A stretch of 62,614 bases of DNA, filler included, from Candidatus Babelota bacterium (lineage in GTDB: Bacteria; JAGOBX01): the NCBI GenBank assembly GCA_017999075.1. It is 5 parts of 5 records of this genome, joined end to end, with 100 filler letters (N's around TTAATTAATTAA, not from the genome) between each part and the next. Parts side by side here need not be neighbours in the genome. Positions count along the whole stretch, not along the records: positions 44,740 to 59,374 come from JAGOBX010000035.1; 4 more parts are not named here. The stretch is one strand, 5' to 3'. Every line of letters begins with the position of its first letter. Within the stretch, counting starts at the first letter, position 1. The notes under the pieces are model-generated. The model was given only the letters and a program-made list of their open reading frames with translations, searched no databases and was not told the DNA's origin. The position numbers were made by a program, and so were the translations under genes. Below, piece after piece: positions 46,695-55,320 of the stretch.

Positions 46695-48707
46695 TTATAA
46701 TTTTAATCTTAATTTATTTTTTTCAGGATAAATTTCATCAATAAAAATTTGAACTTTATGGCCCGGTTCAAACTGTTTTGAAGTTGACAAAAAACCTGTA
46801 ACAAGATAATCTTCTAATTCTACAAAATATCCTGCAGGAATTTTTTTTATAACTATACCATTAAATAATTCATTCATCTGATATCTTTTCAAATATTCAA
46901 AAATCCATTGGGTTTTAACATTGCTCTGCAGCATCTTAATTTTATTTATTTTTTTTTCAATATCAATAAACATAGTGAGCATTTCAGAATGATCGTAATT
47001 CATTAGTTTGTTTTCAAAAAAACCTGAAAGCTGCCTTATTATAAGAAAATCATTATATCTCCTTACAGGAGAAGTATACTGAGTGTATCCGTCCAATCCT
47101 ATTGTTGAATGAGGCATACGATACATACCATATTTCGATGAAGGATATTTAGTTAACAATTTTCGAAATAATACAGGATTATATTCGCTAAAAACTCGTT
47201 CTTCCGGCAATATATCATAAAAAGGGGCATCCTGCATTCTGTAAATTATAGGTATATTGTTATCGTCACAAAATTTTGACATCAAATGATTAGCAAATAT
47301 CATCAATTCCGCTATTATCAGTTTGGAAGGAGAATCTTTATTGATTTTTGTTACCGTAATTTCATTACCATATAAACGTACTTCAACTTCTGGTTTGTTA
47401 AATATGACTGCTCCATTCCTAATTCTTTCATTTCGTAATGAATCTGTAATTTTTTTAAGAATGCAAAATTGAGCACTTATCTGATTTTCATTTTTTTTTT
47501 CATTCATTATCGTATCTACTTCAGAATAACTCAATTTTTTAGAAACTCTGATTACTCCAGGATATACCGAATACGAAATAATTCCGAATGATTTATCAAA
47601 CCTAATTTCCATTGTTACAACAGGTTTATCAGTTTGTTCAATAAGACTCGACAATCCTGCAGATAATTCCAGCGGAAACATTGGTATTACCTTGTGCGGC
47701 AAATAAATATTCATAACTCTGTTAATTGCTTCGTTGTCAATAAAACCGCCTTTATCAACATATACTGATGGATCTGAAATATATACAAATATACTATATC
47801 CAGACTCAGTTTCTTCGATAGAAACAGCATCGTCAATTATCATCGTAGATTTATCGTCAACAGTAAAAATATTCTTATCTTTAATTAAAGTTCTTCCTGT
47901 AAAATCATCAAATTCCCGCAATTTAATTACTGCTGATTTCACATCATCAGAAAATTCTTCGGTTATTCCGGCAACTAATGTAATGGGATCTGCTTCAGGC
48001 GATATACGATTCGCCCGGAATAAAATATCATATATATTTTTTCTTATATCATTTTTTTGAGGATCGATGATTTCCGAAAACATTTTTATTATTTTATCAT
48101 GGTTATTACAAAATAAAAAATTCTCAAAACTTTTAAATATAATTTCATAATCACCTGATTTTTCAATTTCTTCTTCCTCATCCAATGAAATAAGCTTTTT
48201 AAGCAAACCAAGATTTTTTTTATTTTCCTCATCATTTTTTTCTTTTTCAATATTTTTCTGAATTTGCGAAACAACTTCTTCTTCTGTTTTCGGTCTAAAT
48301 TTAAAATTGATTTGTTTAAAATAAATCGGCGATTCTTTTAATGTTCTGAATACCGATGATATATTGATATAAGAATTATCTGCAAAATTAAGGGAACTTA
48401 AATCCTGAACAGAATACTCAACCGGTTCATTTTTTATTGTTTCCCACAACAAACATATATCAATTGTTTTTGAAAGTTCTGAAACTTTTGCAATATATTT
48501 CCTGTAAAATTCGGCGAACTCAGATTCTTTGACATCTATAGAAATTTCCTGAATAATGTTTTTTCCGGAAACAGATTCATTTTTTCCTGTACCGGTAATA
48601 ACCTTATATTTTTGATTTTTTTTATCCTGAGTCTGGATTGTATTAAGCACTAACCCGAGTTTTACCGTATTTCCGTCAATATATTCTATCAGCATATTTC
48701 CCGCCAA
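46695..48707 (-). CDS. RNase II/R family exoribonuclease (RNB + S1)
   Basis: 'FTVDDKSTMIIDDAVS', 'IYLP...PMFP', 'IAELMIFAN', 'YTQYTSPVRRYND'. Confidence 0.88.
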   Translation of the reverse strand: MAGNMLIEYIDGNTVKLGLVLNTIQTQDKKNQKYKVITGTGKNESVSGKNIIQEISIDVKESEFAEFYRKYIAKVSELSKTIDICLLWETIKNEPVEYSVQDLSSLNFADNSYINISSVFRTLKESPIYFKQINFKFRPKTEEEVVSQIQKNIEKEKNDEENKKNLGLLKKLISLDEEEEIEKSGDYEIIFKSFENFLFCNNHDKIIKMFSEIIDPQKNDIRKNIYDILFRANRISPEADPITLVAGITEEFSDDVKSAVIKLREFDDFTGRTLIKDKNIFTVDDKSTMIIDDAVSIEETESGYSIFVYISDPSVYVDKGGFIDNEAINRVMNIYLPHKVIPMFPLELSAGLSSLIEQTDKPVVTMEIRFDKSFGIISYSVYPGVIRVSKKLSYSEVDTIMNEKKNENQISAQFCILKKITDSLRNERIRNGAVIFNKPEVEVRLYGNEITVTKINKDSPSKLIIAELMIFANHLMSKFCDDNNIPIIYRMQDAPFYDILPEERVFSEYNPVLFRKLLTKYPSSKYGMYRMPHSTIGLDGYTQYTSPVRRYNDFLIIRQLSGFFENKLMNYDHSEMLTMFIDIEKKINKIKMLQSNVKTQWIFEYLKRYQMNELFNGIVIKKIPAGYFVELEDYLVTGFLSTSKQFEPGHKVQIFIDEIYPEKNKLRLKL

Positions 48708-48742
48708 ATTATAAAAAATATGAGTTAGTTAAAATATTTAAA

Positions 48743-49624
48743 TTAATTTTGCAGCCTGATTTTTAAAGCTGTCCAGAGTTTGAACCAAAAAGAAAGTGAA
48801 ACTCTTCCTGTTAAAAGAGATGAATAATCATTACCTATTTTTTTCAATAATTCAAAATAAATTGATTTGATAATTTCCAATGTAAATAAATATTTTTTTT
48901 GTGTACAAGTTATATACTTATCACATTCAAAATAATAATTTTCGGCAGTTTTATCTATAAAAACAAATAATTCTTTAAGTTCTGTTATTTTCCCATCATT
49001 TATAAATTTTTCATATTTTTCATTTGTCAATCCGAATTGTGCCAGCCATTCCGCAGGGATATATCTTCTGTTCTTGTTTTTATCTTCCTTTACATCTCTT
49101 AAAATATTTGTAAGCTGTAACGCCAATCCGAGATTTTCTGCGTATTTAAACAAATCCTGAGTCCGTTCATTTTCAGGAACAAACAATTCTATGCATACAT
49201 ATGCAACACGGCTTGCAACTTTGAAGCAATAATCATATAATTCGTTAAAACCATCATAATGTGTTTTATATAAATCAGTTCTGACTCCTATTACAATATC
49301 ATATAAATATTCTTTTGATAATCTGTATTCTTTTATTATATACTGAAGAGAAGTGAACATTTCATGATTAACTTTATTTTCGGAATAACATAACTCAAAC
49401 AGTTTATCAAACTCAATAAACTGTTTTTTTTTAGTTTCAGCATCATTATTTTCATCATCTGCAATATCGTCTGCTATTCTGCAAAATGCATATACAGTAT
49501 ATATTGCCGAGCGCAGATGTTTTGGAAGAAATAAAAATGAAAAATAAAAATTTTTAGCATTTGAATAAGTTAATTTGCGGCAGTATTCGAATGATTCTTC
49601 TAAAGTATAATTTTTGTTATTCAT
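48743..49624 (-). CDS. Phytoene/squalene synthase family protein (HpnD/CrtB-like)
   Basis: 'NFYFSFLFLP', 'YAFCRIADDIAD', 'YCFKVAS', 'LGLALQLTNILRDVKED...RYIP'. Confidence 0.9.
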   Translation of the reverse strand: MNNKNYTLEESFEYCRKLTYSNAKNFYFSFLFLPKHLRSAIYTVYAFCRIADDIADDENNDAETKKKQFIEFDKLFELCYSENKVNHEMFTSLQYIIKEYRLSKEYLYDIVIGVRTDLYKTHYDGFNELYDYCFKVASRVAYVCIELFVPENERTQDLFKYAENLGLALQLTNILRDVKEDKNKNRRYIPAEWLAQFGLTNEKYEKFINDGKITELKELFVFIDKTAENYYFECDKYITCTQKKYLFTLEIIKSIYFELLKKIGNDYSSLLTGRVSLSFWFKLWTALKIRLQN

Positions 49625-49641
49625 ATTCTAAATTATTTCAA

Positions 49642-50646
49642 TCAGATTTTTTTAGAATTAAAATATTCTTCAAGTCTATCATTTTCTTTATTTTTCACAT
49701 AAATAATCATATCCGGATGAATTTCCAATATTTTTTTTATCAATGTTTTATATTCAGTTTCAGAAGCTATAACTGCCGTAGCTATAATATCAGATATCAA
49801 TGCAGTATCATAAACTACAGTCGCGCTCCTTAAAAAATCAGAATTTTTTCCTGTTTTAGGATTGAAAATATGACAATAATATTTATTTTCGAAAAATACA
49901 TATCTCTGATAATCTCCTGAAGTGGCTGCATTTTTATCGTATAAATTAAGGATTTTTAAATAATTTTCAGTATTATCAGGATCCTGAATAGCTATATTCC
50001 AATTTTCTGTTTTATTTTTTTTCCCCACCACAAAAACATCTCCGCCTGCATTTATTACTGCCCCTGAAATATTATTATTTTTTAATATTTCCACAGCTCT
50101 GTCAATAGCATACCCTTTAGCAATTCCGCCTAAATCTATTTTTATAAATTTATTTTTAAACCCTATTGTTCCGCTGTCAAAAAAAATATTTGACGTCCCC
50201 ACATATTTAAAATTTTCTTCTGATTTTTTCAATGAATTTAACACATTTGAATCTTCCGACAAATTAAAATCCCAGAATTGTCCTATTGTAAAAACAGTAA
50301 TATCAAAATATCCTTCGGTTATCTTATTGTATTCAAAACTTTTTTTTAATATAAACTCTTCTTCTTTATCTATTTTCACAATGTCTGTATTTCTATTATT
50401 TATCTTATAAACAACACTTGATTCTATGGATTTACTGAATTTGTTTTCTATTCTTTTGAATTCTTCGAATACTGAATTTATTATATTATTTGCTTGCGGA
50501 GATTCAGGTATTCTGATAGATATTATGGTATCCATCAACAATTCTTCACGCATAACATAATCCAAATCATCGGCATTTTTCCCTTTTGAACAGGAAAATA
50601 TAAACAAAACAATCGGCAACAAATAAAAAAAATTACCTATACGCAT
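49642..50646 (-). CDS. apbE: FAD:protein FMN transferase lipoprotein
   Basis: Lipobox 'FSC', 'GYFDIT', 'DLGGIAKGYAID', 'NAGGD', 'ATSGDYQRY', 'HIFNPKTG'. Confidence 0.93.
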   Translation of the reverse strand: MRIGNFFYLLPIVLFIFSCSKGKNADDLDYVMREELLMDTIISIRIPESPQANNIINSVFEEFKRIENKFSKSIESSVVYKINNRNTDIVKIDKEEEFILKKSFEYNKITEGYFDITVFTIGQFWDFNLSEDSNVLNSLKKSEENFKYVGTSNIFFDSGTIGFKNKFIKIDLGGIAKGYAIDRAVEILKNNNISGAVINAGGDVFVVGKKNKTENWNIAIQDPDNTENYLKILNLYDKNAATSGDYQRYVFFENKYYCHIFNPKTGKNSDFLRSATVVYDTALISDIIATAVIASETEYKTLIKKILEIHPDMIIYVKNKENDRLEEYFNSKKI

Positions 50647-50656
50647 AAAAATTAAT

Positions 50657-51574
50657 TTAATATCCTATTTCTTTAAGTTTTGAATCATTATGCCGCCAAT
50701 TTTCAAGAACCTTTACCTGAATTTCAAGATATGCAGGTCTGTCTATATATTCTTCAATTTCTTTTCTGCTGATTTCTCCGATTTTTTTCAACATTTGTCC
50801 TTTTTTGCCTATAATTATACCTTTTTGAGAATCACGTTCAACATAAACTATTACTCTTATATAACTTTTATTGTTTTTTTCATTTATTACTTCCGTTTTG
50901 CATGTGACAGAATGCGGAATTTCTTCTTTAGTAAGTCCAATAATTTTTTCTCTTACAAGTTCAGAAATGTATATAGAATCTGATAAATCACTTTTAATAT
51001 CAGAATCAAAAAAACGTTCGGAATTTTTCAAATATTTTTTTATAACATTTATAAGAGTATCCAGATTATATCCGCGTAGAGCAGATACAGGAACTATATC
51101 GTCAAATTTATATGTTTCTGAAATCTGTTTTATTATAACTATAAGTTCATCTTTTTTTATTTTATCGACTTTATTTAAAACAAGTATTTTCGGAGCCAAA
51201 GTTTTTTCAAGGAAATTTATATGTTCAAGAAGTTTATTCGATATGTTAGTTTTATTTATTGTTTCAAGATCAATTACTATTAACACAGCTGAAACATCAA
51301 TAAAAGAAGACACAATTTCTTTAATCATATACTTTCCTAACTGATGTTTAGTTTTATGTATTCCAGGCGTATCAATCAATACTATCTGTGAATCAGAATC
51401 ATTGAATATTCCTCTAATCTGAAACCTGGTAGTTTGGGGTTTCGGAGAAGTTATCGCAATTTTTTCTCCGAGTATTTTATTCATCAATGTAGATTTTCCT
51501 GCGTTTGGAAGTCCGGTTATTGAAACAAAACCGGATTTAAATTCAGTTGTATCAGTATTTTTATTTTTTTTCAT
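50657..51574 (-). CDS. era: GTPase Era
   Basis: 'GLPNAGKSTL', 'KPQTTR', 'DTPG', 'NKVD', KH 'SQKGIIIGKKG'. Confidence 0.97.
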   Translation of the reverse strand: MKKNKNTDTTEFKSGFVSITGLPNAGKSTLMNKILGEKIAITSPKPQTTRFQIRGIFNDSDSQIVLIDTPGIHKTKHQLGKYMIKEIVSSFIDVSAVLIVIDLETINKTNISNKLLEHINFLEKTLAPKILVLNKVDKIKKDELIVIIKQISETYKFDDIVPVSALRGYNLDTLINVIKKYLKNSERFFDSDIKSDLSDSIYISELVREKIIGLTKEEIPHSVTCKTEVINEKNNKSYIRVIVYVERDSQKGIIIGKKGQMLKKIGEISRKEIEEYIDRPAYLEIQVKVLENWRHNDSKLKEIGY

Positions 51575-51634
51575 AAATTATAACACGACTTTTAATAATA
51601 AGATTTAATGAGCCACAGGCATAAATGTTTATCA

Positions 51635-53470
51635 CTACTCAACTGTAACACTTTTGGCTAAATTTCTCGGCTGATCAATGTCGCATCCAAGAAAATCCGC
51701 GATTTGATAAGCTATAACCTGTAAAGGAATCACATTTACAATAGGCGCAAGTGCTTCTATTGTGTCAGGTAAAAATATTTTATGGTCAACAAGTTTTTCC
51801 GGAATATCTACAGATTCATTTGTAACAACTATAGTAATTCCGTCACGAGCCTTAACTTCCTGTAAATTACTTATAACCTTATCTGTTATAAAACTTTTGG
51901 TGGCTATTGTCAGTACCGGCATTTGTTCAGTTATAAGCGCTATTGGTCCGTGTTTCATTTCACCTGCCGCGTAACCCTCAGCATGAATATAAGATATTTC
52001 CTTAAGTTTCAAAGCGCCTTCTAACGCAATAGGAAAATTATAATGTCTTCCTAAAAAAAGAAAATCAGAATAATTATGAAACTTCAATGATAATTCTTTA
52101 TAATAATCAAACTTATCCAGGGCTTCCTTTATTTTTGAAGGAATTACAGATAGTTCTTTTAAATTGGTTTTATATTCCTTTTCTGAAATAATATTTTTTA
52201 TTTTTGCCATATACATTGAAAACATAAATAATACAGTTAATTGAGTGGTAAACGCTTTTGTTGAAGCCACTCCTATTTCAGGTCCGGCATTAGTATAAAT
52301 TATTCCATCGCATTCACGGGATAAAGCACTCCCGCGAACATTGCATATTCCAAGAGATAACGCGCCTTTTTCTTTAGCATTTCTAAGCGCAGCAAGGCTG
52401 TCCGCAGTTTCTCCGCTTTGAGATATTATAAGGATTAAATCATCTTTTGATACAGGAACATTTCTGTATCGGAATTCTGAAGCAATCGCTGCTTCCACGC
52501 AAATACCGCAAAATTCTTCAAGATAATATTTTCCAATCAATCCCGCATGCCAGGCTGTACCGCAAGCCACTATATATATTTTTTTAATTTTTTTAAGATA
52601 ATTATCATCTATTTTGCAATATCTGAATTTTATTTCTCCTGTTGAATCATCATATTTATCTTCGATAGTTTCAGTTATAACATCCGGCTGTTCGAATATT
52701 TCTTTAAGCATATAATGTTTGAACCCTTTTTTTTCAGCGGTCATAGCATCCCAGTTTATATTGGTAACAGCTTTATTCTGCTTATTGCCTTTAAAATCCA
52801 TAACCTCAATATAAACAGGCGTTACAACAGCCAGTTCTCTGTCATCAAGGAAAATTATATCTTTTGTATACGGCAAAATAGCAAGCATATCAGAAGCGAC
52901 AAAATTTTCTTTTTCTCCTTTTCCTATAACAAGCGGACTCCCGGATCTTGCGCAAATAATTTTATCAGGTTCTTTCAAAGATATAACGCAAACAGCATAT
53001 GAACCTGTAACAAGTTCCAATGCTGTTCTAACAGCATCAACCAAACTTGTTTTATAATTTTTTTCAATCAGATGAATCAACACTTCAGTATCAGTTTCCG
53101 ATTTAAAAATATGATTTTCCTTAATTAATTCTTTTTTAAGTTCTGCATAGTTTTCAATTATTCCGTTATGAACCACAGCAAACTGCTCAGAACAATCAAT
53201 GTGAGGATGAGAATTTTCATCTGAAGGCTTTCCGTGAGTTGCCCATCTCGTATGAGAAATACCAACATTTCCCGCCACTTTAATATTCTCAATTTTTTTT
53301 TGCAAATCAGAAATCTTGCCAACTGATTTATATGTCTGCAAAGCTGTTCCCGAACTATTTATAACACAAATTCCAGAAGAATCATATCCGCGGTATTCAA
53401 GCCGTTTCAAACCTGAAAATAATATTTTTATAGAACGTCTGAATCCTACGTATCCTACTATTCCGCACAT
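51635..53470 (-). CDS. glmS: Glutamine--fructose-6-phosphate transaminase
   Basis: 'MCGIVG', 'LEYRGYDSSG', 'HTRWATHG', 'SQSGET', 'EGALKLKE', 'QPRNLAKSVTVE'. Confidence 0.98.
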   Translation of the reverse strand: MCGIVGYVGFRRSIKILFSGLKRLEYRGYDSSGICVINSSGTALQTYKSVGKISDLQKKIENIKVAGNVGISHTRWATHGKPSDENSHPHIDCSEQFAVVHNGIIENYAELKKELIKENHIFKSETDTEVLIHLIEKNYKTSLVDAVRTALELVTGSYAVCVISLKEPDKIICARSGSPLVIGKGEKENFVASDMLAILPYTKDIIFLDDRELAVVTPVYIEVMDFKGNKQNKAVTNINWDAMTAEKKGFKHYMLKEIFEQPDVITETIEDKYDDSTGEIKFRYCKIDDNYLKKIKKIYIVACGTAWHAGLIGKYYLEEFCGICVEAAIASEFRYRNVPVSKDDLILIISQSGETADSLAALRNAKEKGALSLGICNVRGSALSRECDGIIYTNAGPEIGVASTKAFTTQLTVLFMFSMYMAKIKNIISEKEYKTNLKELSVIPSKIKEALDKFDYYKELSLKFHNYSDFLFLGRHYNFPIALEGALKLKEISYIHAEGYAAGEMKHGPIALITEQMPVLTIATKSFITDKVISNLQEVKARDGITIVVTNESVDIPEKLVDHKIFLPDTIEALAPIVNVIPLQVIAYQIADFLGCDIDQPRNLAKSVTVE

Positions 53471-54513
53471 TTAATTTTTCCATCCTTTTTTAAGTTTATA
53501 AATAATTTTTTCAAATAATCCGGAACGAACTCATTTTGAATTATAATATGATATATTCTGTTCAAGGTAGAATCAATAAATTGTTTGAAAAAAAATTTAT
53601 TCTCTATAATTCCAAGTTTAACGTAAGCTGCATTTGCCTGCATCAGCCTCTGCAAACCTGTAAAATCATATTTTTTATCAAATTCACTTTCTGAAAAAAT
53701 ATCAAATTTGCATAAAAATTTTTTTTTATAATAATCATAAAGCTCGGCATAGCAGCCGCTAATATCTTCCGCAACATAAGGATCATTCAGCAATGAAGCA
53801 ATATCATAAAAATTCGAACCAGAATATGCAGTCTGATAATCAATAAAATAAATTTTATTTCCGGAAACTATTATATTTTGAGATTGAAAATCACGGTGTA
53901 TAAAAAAACTGTTGTATCCGGCAAAACTTTTTTTATTATTTTTATCTTCCCGCGAACTGTCAGTCAAATATGAAGCCATATATTCAAAACTTTTCATAAG
54001 CGCGGAACTGTCATAATCAGCAGCTAAATATTTATCTAAAACCATATTTCTGAAATATTCAGTTTCCCATAAATAAACAGTATTATCAAATAATCTGTCA
54101 GGATATTTTTTTATAAGCTGTTCTCCGCATTCTGACTGCATAACCAGCAATTCATCGATGATTTTTTTGTATAAACTTGAAATTCCGATTTCTTTATTTT
54201 TTATTGAATTATAAACAATATTTTCACCAAGATCCTGGATAAGAATATATTTTTCGTTAAGATCAACATTCAAGATTTCAGGAACATTAATTTTTGAAGA
54301 TTTTAAAATTAAAGTAATATCAATAAACCGCTGAAGTTCTGTTTTATCATTATATTCACAATATATATAATTGTCTGAAACCGAACTTATCCTAAAATAT
54401 TTTCTTGATGATCCGCCAGTAGTTATAGGTATAATATTTATTTTTTCGGAACTAACATATTTTTTTAAAACATTATTCTTATAAATCAGTAAAGTGGAAA
54501 TATCAATTTTCAT
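53458..54513 (-). CDS. APH-fold phosphotransferase, AmgK-like (anomeric MurNAc/GlcNAc kinase)
   Basis: 'GGSSRKYFR', 'QDLG', 'HRDFQSQNI', 'IDYQ', 'YDIASLLNDPY', 'LQRLMQA'. Confidence 0.78.
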   Translation of the reverse strand: MKIDISTLLIYKNNVLKKYVSSEKINIIPITTGGSSRKYFRISSVSDNYIYCEYNDKTELQRFIDITLILKSSKINVPEILNVDLNEKYILIQDLGENIVYNSIKNKEIGISSLYKKIIDELLVMQSECGEQLIKKYPDRLFDNTVYLWETEYFRNMVLDKYLAADYDSSALMKSFEYMASYLTDSSREDKNNKKSFAGYNSFFIHRDFQSQNIIVSGNKIYFIDYQTAYSGSNFYDIASLLNDPYVAEDISGCYAELYDYYKKKFLCKFDIFSESEFDKKYDFTGLQRLMQANAAYVKLGIIENKFFFKQFIDSTLNRIYHIIIQNEFVPDYLKKLFINLKKDGKIKCAE

Positions 54514-55127
54514 AAATTTTTCTTTGCAGAATATGAAGACAAAATAGTTTCAACTGCATCTTTCGCCGCTGTAACTTGCGATTCACTTCCTGATAAATGA
54601 AGCCTGCCATATCTGCCTCTGTATCTGTAATGAACCAAATCTATATCAACTGCTTTTTCAGCTTCATTCGCTGCAATTGTTGACCAGCAAGCAGGCTGAA
54701 TTTCAAGAATATACAGAGATTGTCCTGGTATCAGTAATGAGCCTTCAGCTTTACGATTTATAATTTGAGCATGGTAATCGCTTATATTAGTTATAATTTG
54801 AGAAGTTAAAATAACAGGTTTTCTAACTTCTTTATCAGTCAGTTTATATGTTTCAAGAATTTTTCTACCTGATGTCAGAACTTCGTCCTGAGAAAAAGAA
54901 TGAAATTCTACTATTCCGTATTCTCTTTCTTCAAGAAGAACTGCGGGTCTTACTGAAGTGGTTTTCACTGCTATATCTAAAACGCGATTAATCTCTATGC
55001 CAGGCTGAATTTCTATCCACATTGAAGCCATTCCGCTTGCAGGAATATCTCCGTCAGCTTGAGCTGCGGTTAAAGCGGCAAACTGGGGCTGCATTTTATC
55101 AATATAAATATAACTTATAAGTTCCAT
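54510..55127 (-). CDS. Bacterial microcompartment shell protein, tandem circularly permuted type (BMC-T dp; CsoS1D/CcmP-like)
   Basis: 'YIYIDKMQPQFA', 'WIEIQPG...DIAVK', 'EREYG..EFH', 'HAQIINR...LLIPGQSLYILE..PA...AANEAEKA', 'GRYGRLHLSG'. Confidence 0.88.
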   Translation of the reverse strand: MELISYIYIDKMQPQFAALTAAQADGDIPASGMASMWIEIQPGIEINRVLDIAVKTTSVRPAVLLEEREYGIVEFHSFSQDEVLTSGRKILETYKLTDKEVRKPVILTSQIITNISDYHAQIINRKAEGSLLIPGQSLYILEIQPACWSTIAANEAEKAVDIDLVHYRYRGRYGRLHLSGSESQVTAAKDAVETILSSYSAKKNL

Positions 55128-55221
55128 AAAAATACTAAAAAATATTTAAAACTATTTTTTTACATTCATATATTATCTGAATATTCATTTTATTTGATTA
55201 AAAAAAAAAATCAATTTATAT

Positions 55222-55250
55222 TTGACTTTTATTATTTGTAAATATATTAT
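55222..55250 (+). promoter_or_regulatory. Putative sigma70 promoter for the 55321 gene cluster
   Basis: TTGACT-N17-TATTAT; RBS GGAGA before ATG 55321. Confidence 0.5.
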
Positions 55251-55320
55251 TTTTATCTAATAATCATAGTTTTTACAATTTTTCATGTAAATTTTATTAA
55301 TTTTCGGAGATGTTAATATA

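Noticed and set aside
53458-53600. glmS ribozyme upstream of glmS
   Set aside because: The glmS start overlaps the kinase gene, so there is no leader to hold it.
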